A DNA stretch of 64,000 nucleotides from Candidatus Versatilivorator sp. (GTDB lineage: Bacteria > Acidobacteriota > Terriglobia > Versatilivoradales > Versatilivoraceae). A program made the translations under genes and the position numbers. A model generated the notes under the pieces. That model was not told the origin of the DNA. It did no database searches and worked only from the letters and a program-made list of their open reading frames with translations. Position 1 is the stretch's first letter, and each line of letters opens with the position of its first letter. Location: positions 3,448,782 through 3,512,781 of the forward strand of contig OZ242296.1 of the NCBI GenBank assembly GCA_965207735.1. The letters are read 5' to 3'. This document shows positions 24,443 through 36,271 of this stretch, piece by piece.

Positions 24443-26650
24443 ATGTCGTTTCGACTGAACAGCAATAGCCGCCGTCAACTCCTGCTGGCTCTGCTGCTGA
24501 TTGGCCTGGCAGCCTTCTGCCATCGGCAGGAAGCGCCGCCGGATGCCAATCCGGCCAGGGCCCCCGCCGCCCTCCAGGACCTCTACGGCATCTTCAGCCA
24601 TGAGATCAGACCCGAGGCGGTCGGCAACGTCTACCAGGCGGTGGGCAATCGCTTCCAGTTGGAGGGAAAGCTCTACGCCGCGGTCCTGAAGGCCCTCAAT
24701 GCCTACGACATCCTGCAGGAGACCACCCGCCTGCCCGAAGCCGACCGGGAACGGCTGCTGCCCAGAAGCCGGCAGGAAGCCAGCGAGGCGTTTGCCGCTC
24801 TGAAAGAATCCCTGGACTGGCCCCGCATTCGGATCGAGGTGGGTGCTGAGGAATTTGCGCTCCAGAGTCTTCCCCAGCTCGACCTTTACCGGGAAATCCC
24901 GCAGCCGATTCTGCTCACGCTTCACAACTCCACTTCCGAGACCAGAATGCTTTCTCTCGGGAGTTCCGGTCTGAGGCTGGAGGTGGACACCCTGGAGGTG
25001 GCTCCCTCGGCCACCCGGCATCTGCTGGCCCAAATCGATTCCCCCGAGACCGGGGAGGGTGCGGCCTGCCTTTCAGTGACGTCCGAGGGAAGGAGCGTGA
25101 CCTGGCGCCTCCCCTTCCGGGTCGCGGAATCCGGTCTGCTGGAGGGGCGGCTGGTGGAGTCTGAGGGCGGCGTCCCCACCATCGGCCGGATTCGAGTGAC
25201 TGACGAGGAAGGGCGTTACCGAGCACCACTCGAGGCCGGCTACGGTTTGGTTCTGCGTCCGCGGAGGGATCCCGCCCGCTGGAGCTATGCTTCAGGAAAC
25301 TTCCGCCTGCGAGCCCCGGCCGGCAAGATCCGGATTTCCATCCGGCGCGGCCTGGAATATCTACCCATCGACGAGGATCTCGATCTGGAGGCCGGTCAGA
25401 CCCTGCGTCGCACTTTTTCGCTCAACCGGTGGGCAAACATGGAGCGGGAGGGCTGGCATTCCGGAGACACCCACATCCACATGCTGGATCCGCCCAGCGC
25501 CCTCTTCGAGATGCAGGCGGAGGACCTGCGGGTCGGCAATGTCCTCGTGCTGGAACATATGGGAAAGACCTACTCCAGGGAGCACTTCCGGGGCGAGCTG
25601 GACCCGATTTCCGATCCCCGGCACCTGGTCTACTACAACCAGGAGTACCGCAACCAGACCCTGGGCCACGTCAGCCTACTCAACCTCAAGAAGCTGGTGG
25701 AGCCCATCTCCACCGGCGGACTGGCCGTTCCCGAGACCACCGTTTACCGCTATTCCTACCTGAGACCCTCCCGCAAGGGGTTCCCCCGCCACGGCCAGGC
25801 CGGCTGGCCCGACGCCCTGGTGCTGGACGCCATGCGGGAAACCCACCGGCAGGGAGGGTTGGTGAACTGGGCCCACCTGCGTCCTGCCCAACTCGAGTTC
25901 CCCATCGACATGGTCTTCGGCGGGATCGACACCGCCGACATCCTGACCCACACCCGGTTGCCGCAAACCCTGAAGCTCTGGTACGACCTGTTGAATTGCG
26001 GCTTCCGCTTGCCCGCCACTGCAGGAACCGACCGCATCGCGCCCGAGGAGCCGGTGGGGCATCAGAGGGTCTACGTCAAGCTGCACGGCCCGCTCACCTA
26101 CCCCGCATGGATGGAAGGACTGCGCCTGGGCCGCTCCTTCGTGACCAACGGACCCATGGTGAGCCTTGCGGTGGACGGCCGGGGGCCCGGAGAGACATTG
26201 ACGCTCAGCAACCCCAAGGTCCTTCGCATCCAGGCCCGGGGGCGCTCCCTGCGGCCCTTTGAGCGGCTGGAGATCGTGGTCAACGGGAAGGTGGCGGCCA
26301 GCGTTCCGGCTCAAGAACAGGGCCGCCGCGCGGAACTCAGTCTCGATTATCCGGCCGACCGGAGCCTGTGGATTGCGGCGCGCTGCATGGGGGGATCCCC
26401 CGAAGAAGCCTCCATCTGGACCCATCCCCTGTTCGCCCACGCCAACCCGGTATATATCGACTATCCGGGAAGGGACCTGGCTGAGGCCGAGAGCGCATGC
26501 TATCTGCTCGACTTCCTGAAGCCGCTGGAGAAGTGGGCTCGCGAGGAAGCCTACTTCGAGAACCCGGCACAGAAGGACCGGGCTCTGGCCACCATCCGCC
26601 AGGGCATGGATTTCTACCGCCGCCTGTGTAACGGCGAAGGCAAGAACTGA
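24443..26650 (+). CDS. CehA/McbA-family metallohydrolase (PHP-like) with N-terminal domain
   Basis: Signal peptide. Central GWHSGDTHIHM and LVNWAHL His-rich metal motifs are typical of the CehA/McbA family. Confidence 0.6.
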   Translation: MSFRLNSNSRRQLLLALLLIGLAAFCHRQEAPPDANPARAPAALQDLYGIFSHEIRPEAVGNVYQAVGNRFQLEGKLYAAVLKALNAYDILQETTRLPEADRERLLPRSRQEASEAFAALKESLDWPRIRIEVGAEEFALQSLPQLDLYREIPQPILLTLHNSTSETRMLSLGSSGLRLEVDTLEVAPSATRHLLAQIDSPETGEGAACLSVTSEGRSVTWRLPFRVAESGLLEGRLVESEGGVPTIGRIRVTDEEGRYRAPLEAGYGLVLRPRRDPARWSYASGNFRLRAPAGKIRISIRRGLEYLPIDEDLDLEAGQTLRRTFSLNRWANMEREGWHSGDTHIHMLDPPSALFEMQAEDLRVGNVLVLEHMGKTYSREHFRGELDPISDPRHLVYYNQEYRNQTLGHVSLLNLKKLVEPISTGGLAVPETTVYRYSYLRPSRKGFPRHGQAGWPDALVLDAMRETHRQGGLVNWAHLRPAQLEFPIDMVFGGIDTADILTHTRLPQTLKLWYDLLNCGFRLPATAGTDRIAPEEPVGHQRVYVKLHGPLTYPAWMEGLRLGRSFVTNGPMVSLAVDGRGPGETLTLSNPKVLRIQARGRSLRPFERLEIVVNGKVAASVPAQEQGRRAELSLDYPADRSLWIAARCMGGSPEEASIWTHPLFAHANPVYIDYPGRDLAEAESACYLLDFLKPLEKWAREEAYFENPAQKDRALATIRQGMDFYRRLCNGEGKN

Positions 26651-26706
26651 CCGGACGGCCGCCTTCGACTCTTGTGGCCCGCTGCCTCAACTATCCGAGG
26701 AATCCC

Positions 26707-28893
26707 ATGACCCCCTCAGCCAAACTCAGCCTGATCCTGCTGATCTGCCTGACCGTTGGTTCCTGCGCCCGGTCCACTGACGGCCCGACCCCAACGGGAA
26801 ACGATGGGGCGGGAAACTGGAAACGGGACCAGCGCAGCTTCGTCTACCTCTCGGAGAGACGCGCCCGCTATGCCGGGATCACCCGCACCGCCGAGGGCCG
26901 GCTGCTGACCCTGTTCACCCACCAGACGGCGCAACAGGAGCGGGACGGCTCGGGAGATCTCCAACTGGTGCGCAGGACCCGCGACGGGGATTGGTGGTTT
27001 TATCCGGAGACGATATTCGAAGGCCGCCAGGGAGAACCCCGGGCCATGGGCACCCTGACCACCCTGGAATCCGGCCGCATCATCGCCCCCTTCGCCGAGC
27101 TGAACGACGGCGCCGCCGGCAGCCGGCTGCGGATGCTGGCTTCCGAGGACCACGGCGAAACCTGGACAGCCAGTGCGCCCCTGGGGACCCACCCCCTGAC
27201 TTGGGCCATGCCCTATGGAAGACCCTTCGAGGCGGGCGACCGGGTGCTGATGCCTGTCCACGGGGCCGTCAGCCAGGAAGACCTGGCGGCCACCCGACTG
27301 CAGACGGGCCTGCTGCAATCCACCGATGGCGGCAAGAGCTGGGGGGATTGGATGCCGATTGCGGTTCCCGGCCCGGAGGCGGACCTCAGCTACGAATTTC
27401 CGGCGGTGCTGCCCCTGAAGGACGGGACCTGGCTGGCGGTCCTCACCCAGAGGCAGTTGAAGAAGCGTCCCGGGCTGCCCCTGGACATTCCGCAGACGCT
27501 GGTGCGGTCCTACAGCACCGACCAGGGCCGGAGCTGGACCCGACCCGAGCCCCTGTGCGTCGGCTCCTGGGCCAGCCTGACCCCCATGGGCGACGGCACG
27601 GTGGCCTGCTCCTTCGCCCTCTGGTCGGCCTGGGGCAGCATGGAAGTCATGTTCAGCGACGACGGCTTTCGAACCATCGGCCACCGGACCCCCTTCGTGG
27701 AACACAACTGGCTGCCGGGCTTTGGACCCAGCGGTTGGGGCGGAGGCTGGGCCCGGGATCCCATTCCCCTGCCGCCGGTGGTCCCCAACCTGCAAGGGGA
27801 CTGGAAGGCCGGCCACTATGGGTTTTCCTCCGGCTTGGCTCTGGACGAGGACCGCTTGATGCTGGTGCTGGGACAGCGGCAAAAGGGAAGCGGCTACACC
27901 GACCCTCCCCACGAAGTGAACCTTCCCATCGAGAAGGAGCGGATCGAGACCATTGTCATGAAGCGGGTGCAGAAGCCCGCGGCCCCGGCCGCCGAAACTC
28001 CCCGTGCCCATGGTGAGCCGGACGGGCAATGGTATCTGGCCGAGAGATGGCCCGAGGAGGAGTGGCGCCGGAAAGTCGGGCAGCCGCCCAACGACGTGAC
28101 CCTGGTGCTCAAGTCGGGGCGCTGGATACGCCTCACCGCCCAATACACCGTTCCCCACCAGCACGGACCCGGCAGAATCCTGGGGCGGGAGCGGGGCTAC
28201 TGGGTCTGGAAGTCGATCGACGGCCTCCACTACCGGACGCACCTGCAAGGCTCCTATTCCGATGATCAGGGGAAGACCTGGAAACAGGCCAAGGTGGAGG
28301 ACCCGGTGCCGCTGGCCGCGGCCGTGCACCTGGGGGGTGTGGCCTTTGAAGAGCCGGATGGAACCCTGGTGGCTCCCGTCTACGGCTACCTGAACCAGGA
28401 CGACATGTCGGTCTCCCTCTACGTCTCCGCCCTGGTGAGGTCCCACGACGGAGGCGCATCCTGGAGCGACTGGAGCATCATCGCCTTCGACCGGAAGGAC
28501 CGCTACACCGCCTACAGCGAGACCCAGGTCATGGCCCTCTCAGATGAGACCTGGGTGGCCTTTCTCCGCAGCGAAAACCGCAGCTACGTCCCGGTAATGA
28601 GGGCCGTCATCTCCCGAACCCTCAGCACCGACCGGGGAAGGACCTGGAGCCCGCCCCAACCCACTGCCGCGGCCGGTGTGACGGCCGGACTGCGGCTGCC
28701 GGACGGAGGCATTGCCCTGTCGGCTCAGAACACCTGCGGCTGGGGGCTGGCGGTCACCTACAACTACGGCCACACCTGGAACTACGTGCTGCCTGCCACC
28801 TACTTCTCGGCCCGGGCCGGCGTGATCGACGACAAGTCCTTCTGGCTCCACGACGCCCACGGGGGGATCGTGTCCATCTACCGCAGGCCCTGA
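26707..28893 (+). CDS. BNR/Asp-box repeat sialidase-like glycoside hydrolase (lipoprotein)
   Basis: Lipobox LTVGSC. Five Asp-box motifs (STDGGKSW, STDQGRSW, SDDQGKTW, SHDGGASW, STDRGRTW). Confidence 0.75.
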   Translation: MTPSAKLSLILLICLTVGSCARSTDGPTPTGNDGAGNWKRDQRSFVYLSERRARYAGITRTAEGRLLTLFTHQTAQQERDGSGDLQLVRRTRDGDWWFYPETIFEGRQGEPRAMGTLTTLESGRIIAPFAELNDGAAGSRLRMLASEDHGETWTASAPLGTHPLTWAMPYGRPFEAGDRVLMPVHGAVSQEDLAATRLQTGLLQSTDGGKSWGDWMPIAVPGPEADLSYEFPAVLPLKDGTWLAVLTQRQLKKRPGLPLDIPQTLVRSYSTDQGRSWTRPEPLCVGSWASLTPMGDGTVACSFALWSAWGSMEVMFSDDGFRTIGHRTPFVEHNWLPGFGPSGWGGGWARDPIPLPPVVPNLQGDWKAGHYGFSSGLALDEDRLMLVLGQRQKGSGYTDPPHEVNLPIEKERIETIVMKRVQKPAAPAAETPRAHGEPDGQWYLAERWPEEEWRRKVGQPPNDVTLVLKSGRWIRLTAQYTVPHQHGPGRILGRERGYWVWKSIDGLHYRTHLQGSYSDDQGKTWKQAKVEDPVPLAAAVHLGGVAFEEPDGTLVAPVYGYLNQDDMSVSLYVSALVRSHDGGASWSDWSIIAFDRKDRYTAYSETQVMALSDETWVAFLRSENRSYVPVMRAVISRTLSTDRGRTWSPPQPTAAAGVTAGLRLPDGGIALSAQNTCGWGLAVTYNYGHTWNYVLPATYFSARAGVIDDKSFWLHDAHGGIVSIYRRP

Positions 28894-28944
28894 GCCGGCG
28901 CTTCTCACCCGCTGCGCCGCTCGCCCCAAACCCTGGCACTGCAT

Positions 28945-29725
28945 GGAGACAGATTATTGTAATGATAGTCGCCAGGCGGCAGCCTGGAGCTCCAGTAAGC
29001 CGCCAAGGCGGCGGCAGCAGGTAGCCGTGGGCGTAAGCCCATGGAAAACTAAGCGCTTACGTTGAGCCGCGTAGGCGGCGGCAGCAATCCCCCGGCCAGG
29101 AATGCTGACTAGGTCCGCAGGCCGACCTCAGGCAGCCGGCGAGTACCTGACCGTGAGCCAGACCCCGCGCAGCCTCAGCCCGTCCCGGCGCCTGCCGCCC
29201 TTTTCAACCCGGACCTCCAGCCGATTCATCCCCTGGCGGACCCTTGCCGCTTGAACCGGACAGCGCTGGGGACGTTGTTGAATTGCTGGAATAAGTTGTA
29301 AAGAGTGCGTAGGAAACGCCATTGAATCAAAGCAATGCAGGGGCGGCTCATCGAAGTTATTCCAGTAATTCAACAACGTCCCCAATTCACGCTGCGTGGA
29401 GACAGATTATTGTAATGATAGTCGCCAGGCGGCAGCCTGGAGCTCCAGTAAGCCGCCAAGGCGGCGGCAGCAGGTAGCCGTGGGCGTAAGCCCATGGAAA
29501 ACCAAGCGCTAGCATTGAGCCGCGTAGGCGGCGGCAGCAATCCCCCGGCCAGGAATGCTGACTAGGTCCGCAGGCCGACCTCAGGCAACCGGAGGGTACT
29601 TGACCGTGAGCCAGACCCCGCGCAGCCTCAGCCCGTCCCGGCGCCTGCCGCTCTTTTCCACCCGGACCTCCAGCCGATTGATTCCCTGACGGACCGTTTC
29701 CGCTTGAACCGGGCAGCCAAGGCGC
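28945..29725. repeat. tandem duplication (~300 bp x2, period 452) of the 3' end of the 29581 gene, with a hairpin element at the junction
   Basis: Unit A 28945-29267 and unit B 29397-29725 are ~95% identical (tggagacagattattgtaatgatagtcgcc...). Each contains the sub-repeat agccgc[cg][at]aggcggcggcagca. The junction carries a 27-bp-arm hairpin, ggggacgttgttgaattgctggaataa (29268-29294) with ttattccagtaattcaacaacgtcccc (29357-29383). Confidence 0.7.
29128..29385 (-). pseudogene. chimeric ORF created by the tandem duplication (duplicate C-terminal 43 aa of hydrolase paralog B)
   Basis: The C-terminus PVQAARVRQGMNRLEVRVEKGGRRRDGLRLRGVWLTVRYSPAA copies the C-terminus of the 29581 gene. The N-terminus is read from the hairpin element. 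Confidence 0.5.
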
Positions 29726-31260
29726 TCCAGGTCTTCCGGAGCATCCTCCCCGGCGGGCTCGCCGGCTTCAAATGCCAGCTCCTCTCCATTGAGGCGGCCA
29801 GCGACCCGTTCCCCAAGGCTAAGGCCTTCCACCTCCAGCTCCAGGCGGACCCCGGCCGGCCGGCCCGAGCGCCCGGCGGCCTCCAGGTCATCGCCCACCG
29901 GCAGCTCAACCGCGGCGGCCGGCCCCGGATTGCCCCGGCTCAGCTCCAGGGGAAGCTGGCCCGGGTGGCTGGCGATGGCGTAGGGTCCGATGTCCTGGAT
30001 GTAGTCCACCCCGAAGCGCTTGTCCCGAAACTGCAGGCTTGAGGCCGACTGAATATCCTCCAGAAGCCCGTAGGCATCGGGTACCGGCCGGCCGTAGGCC
30101 AGCATGGGCACCTGGCGGTAGTGGTAGTTCCAGAGATAGATCCCGTCGGCTCCGGCCGAGAAGATATTGGAGGCCGCACCCCGCATGGTCTCATCCGAAC
30201 CAAACACCTTCAGGCCGCAGTTGATGCAAGGGTAGACGGGAACCTCGTGGCGGTGCCCCAGCGTCACCAGCTCCCGGGCCGGATTGGTGAAGACCGTGTA
30301 TCCCCCGCCGATCAGCATCCGGTCCACCCAACCCTGCTTGAGCCAGGTCTCCACATCCAGACCGATGCCATTGCAGGCCGCCAGGGTCCCCGGAACCCTG
30401 ACGCCCAGAAGCAGGGGCCTTTGACGGGATTCCGACACCTTCCTCACAATCCGGTGAGCCCCCTGGATCAGGTTGTTCATCAGAGCCGCTCCCGCTTCCT
30501 CCTCCCCGGGCTTGAAGTACCAGGGCATGCGGAAGAAGTTCAGGTCCACCCCGTCCAGGTCGTAGTTCTCGGCGGTGTGACGGACCCACCACAGCCGGTC
30601 CTCCCGCACTTCCGGTATGGCGAAATTCAGGCCGGACCACCTGGCCGCCTCCAGGGTGGTGAAGGGGCTTCCCTTCTGGCTCTGCTCTCCCAGCAGCCAC
30701 TCCGGATGGGCCACCTTCGGGGGATAGACCAGCTTCCCTTCAGGCATCCCGAAGGCATCGTGGGTGTCGTTCATGCGGATCGACCCGAAGACCTCCAGTC
30801 CGTGGCGGTGGATGCCCTCGGCCATGACGGGCGTCGGATCGTGGATGGCCTCATTGAGCGGCCGGTCCTGCTGCTGGGTCTGCCAGTAGCGGGTCTGTCC
30901 GGGACCCTGGGCGATGCCCCACATGATGCACCAGGCGATGCTGTCCACCGGCGTCCCCAGGATGGGCTCGAGGCGCAGCCCCAGAAAAGCCTCGGCTCCC
31001 TTGGCCGCCTCGGGGTCGTAGACCAGGTCCCCGTCGTCATCCAGGATCAGCCGCCGCCCGCGTTCCACCGCCCTGCGCCGCGCCTGCTCGAGCCCCTCCT
31101 GCCTCCCCGCGCAGCCCGGCAGTCCGGCCAGCCAGGAGCCTCCCGCCAGGGCCCCGGCCGTCCCCAGGAAACGCCGGCGAGTCAAAGCCGCCGGCTTCCG
31201 CCCTTTTACGATTCCGTCATCGATCCTCATGGGTCCTCCGGTATCCAGCATGTATCGCAT
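29581..31260 (-). CDS. Tat-secreted TIM-barrel glycoside hydrolase-like protein (paralog B), with N-terminus fused to a vapC start remnant
   Basis: Tat motif TRRRFLGTAGALAG, then RMNDTHD, YDLDGVDLNFFRMPWYF, and GIYLWNYHYR. In-frame upstream codons MRYMLDTGGP resemble a VapC N-terminus (MLDTN..). That ATG overlaps the vapB stop by 1 nt. An alternative start is MRIDDG at 31230. Confidence 0.6.
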   Translation of the reverse strand: MRYMLDTGGPMRIDDGIVKGRKPAALTRRRFLGTAGALAGGSWLAGLPGCAGRQEGLEQARRRAVERGRRLILDDDGDLVYDPEAAKGAEAFLGLRLEPILGTPVDSIAWCIMWGIAQGPGQTRYWQTQQQDRPLNEAIHDPTPVMAEGIHRHGLEVFGSIRMNDTHDAFGMPEGKLVYPPKVAHPEWLLGEQSQKGSPFTTLEAARWSGLNFAIPEVREDRLWWVRHTAENYDLDGVDLNFFRMPWYFKPGEEEAGAALMNNLIQGAHRIVRKVSESRQRPLLLGVRVPGTLAACNGIGLDVETWLKQGWVDRMLIGGGYTVFTNPARELVTLGHRHEVPVYPCINCGLKVFGSDETMRGAASNIFSAGADGIYLWNYHYRQVPMLAYGRPVPDAYGLLEDIQSASSLQFRDKRFGVDYIQDIGPYAIASHPGQLPLELSRGNPGPAAAVELPVGDDLEAAGRSGRPAGVRLELEVEGLSLGERVAGRLNGEELAFEAGEPAGEDAPEDLERLGCPVQAETVRQGINRLEVRVEKSGRRRDGLRLRGVWLTVKYPPVA

Positions 31261-31499
31261 CAAAACGCGACTCGGCAGCCATCCGTCAACTCGGGACGGT
31301 CGGCCATGAAATCCTCCCCCACGGGAGGCGCTTCCTCGGCATAGGATGTCCACGTCTTGCGAAGCGGCGCAATGACCAATGCCTCACCTTCCTTGCGGAT
31401 TATCACCTCATCCACACCCTCGAACCGAAACGCTTTCGGAATTCGAACGGCCTGACTGCGACCGTTGAAAAACAGCTTGGCGGTAGCTTGCATAACCAC
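31260..31499 (-). CDS. vapB: VapB-type antitoxin (AbrB/SpoVT fold), orphan
   Basis: AKLFFNGRSQAVRIPKAFRF ... DFMADRPE matches VapB/MvpA-type antitoxins end to end. No intact vapC follows. Confidence 0.7.
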   Translation of the reverse strand: MVMQATAKLFFNGRSQAVRIPKAFRFEGVDEVIIRKEGEALVIAPLRKTWTSYAEEAPPVGEDFMADRPELTDGCRVAF

Positions 31500-31759
31500 T
31501 CCTCGACTCGGACTGACACCGTAACTGCATCGCAGCCTATATCACAGGAATTTGCCAAAGAGCAAAAAGACGCAAGAAACCGCTCTGAGAAGGTTGGCAA
31601 GACTTCTTCGCGTCTTCATGCGCACCACACGCCTGGAGACCGTATGGAGAACAGGGAGAACAATTGATCCGACTGCCCGGAGCGGATTATTTGCTTTATG
31701 ACCCGGTTCATGGCATAAGTAAATAAGAAAATCGTCAAGTACGAAAAAGGTATTGTGAT

Positions 31760-32029
31760 ATGAAAAAAAACAAGGACACCTCATCCAGGAAAGGCGGATT
31801 GGATCTTGTGAGGGTCCGGCGGGCAGGGCAGATTACGCTGTCCCGCAAGGTGCGGGAAGCCATGAATCTGGGAGAGGGCGACTACTTGGAACCCCGGTTC
31901 ACGGAAGGCGGTGTCTTGCTGCGGCCAGTGAGTGTACGCTCTCGGGAACCGTCGGCGGCTCAGGAAGCGGAGATTTTGGATGTAGTGAACCAGGAACGCC
32001 GGAAGTATGCCAAAGAGCGCCGTCATTGA
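31760..32029 (+). CDS. AbrB/MazE-family antitoxin
   Basis: Small basic protein with a SpoVT/AbrB-like core (VRVRRAGQITLSRKVREAMNLGEGDYL). Overlaps the downstream PIN gene by 23 nt. Confidence 0.55.
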   Translation: MKKNKDTSSRKGGLDLVRVRRAGQITLSRKVREAMNLGEGDYLEPRFTEGGVLLRPVSVRSREPSAAQEAEILDVVNQERRKYAKERRH

Positions 32030-32438
32030 TACCTCCGTTTTGGTGAGTGCCTTTCTGTTTCGGGAGAGTGTGCCTGGACGGGTCATTGAACTTGCTGAGC
32101 GGAACGTTTACACCCTTTATCTTTCCCCGATTTTGATGGAAGAAGTGACGCGGTCACTTCACCATCCGCGCCTGCAAAAGGCCTATGGGTATGCGGACGC
32201 GGATGTGCGAGTCTGGTGTCACACTTTGAAGACAATTGGGACGGTGTGGAAAAAGGCATTGCCGGACATTGGGTCTGTGTGTCGTGATCCTGATGATGAA
32301 CATGTGATCGCGTGCGCGCATGTCGTGGGTGCGTCGTGGATAGTAACAGGCGATCATGACTTGCTTGACCTTGAGGGGTATAAGGGAGTGCGAATCGTGT
32401 CTGCCCGAACGTTCCTGGAAGAAATGGCGGTTCTGTAG
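32007..32438 (+). CDS. PIN-domain toxin (VapC-like)
   Basis: AVIDTSVLVSAF (acidic residue D7), a conserved E in MEEVTR, and distal acidic residues DPDDEHVIACA...TGDHDL. Confidence 0.75.
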   Translation: MPKSAVIDTSVLVSAFLFRESVPGRVIELAERNVYTLYLSPILMEEVTRSLHHPRLQKAYGYADADVRVWCHTLKTIGTVWKKALPDIGSVCRDPDDEHVIACAHVVGASWIVTGDHDLLDLEGYKGVRIVSARTFLEEMAVL

Positions 32439-32763
32439 TCCTGAAACAAACGCCTGCGCCTGGTGGCTGGAAACCGGTTCATGGTCGAGCATGGGCAGAT
32501 TGTTGATTCACATCGATGTTCAATTTATGGTCCTTCTCGATGGATCTGCCCAGTCGCGGGGGGCGGGCGCCCGGCCCGCAGGCAAACGGGAGTCTCCCAA
32601 AGGGGACAAGCCGGCTTTCAGAGAAATCGCCCGCCGGATACCCCCCACCGCACCATCGGGACGACACCAACGGGACAAAAGTGCAGAAGCATTTTGGCGC
32701 CAGTTGTCGTTGAAGGAGGTCCATCAGCCCTCGCGCCTATTCGTGTTCATTGGTGGTTCGTCT

Positions 32764-35928
<3,165 letters not shown>

Positions 35929-36271
35929 TTGCCTGTTTTTTCAATGAAGGGAATCGGGCGATGGGATCTTCGCTCCGGCACCTCCAGATTGGTGCCGCGC
36001 GGCACGTTCTCTACGAGCCACTGGCCGAGAGGCTTGCGGGGCCGCGTTTTTTCCTCCCACACCCTCGCGGGCACCGCCACGAAGGGCTTCCGGGTACCGA
36101 TGCGCTGCGGCCCCTCTTTCTCGGCCAAGCGCAGGACCTCGGACAGACGGGCCTTGGCCTCGGCGACGGTCCAGACGCGGTTGGGGGCGGTCTTGTTTAC
36201 GGTTACGCTCCTGAGCGGAGAATATGGTCCAGTATTAAAGAGTGAGGAGAGCGATCTTGGACACGGGATCC

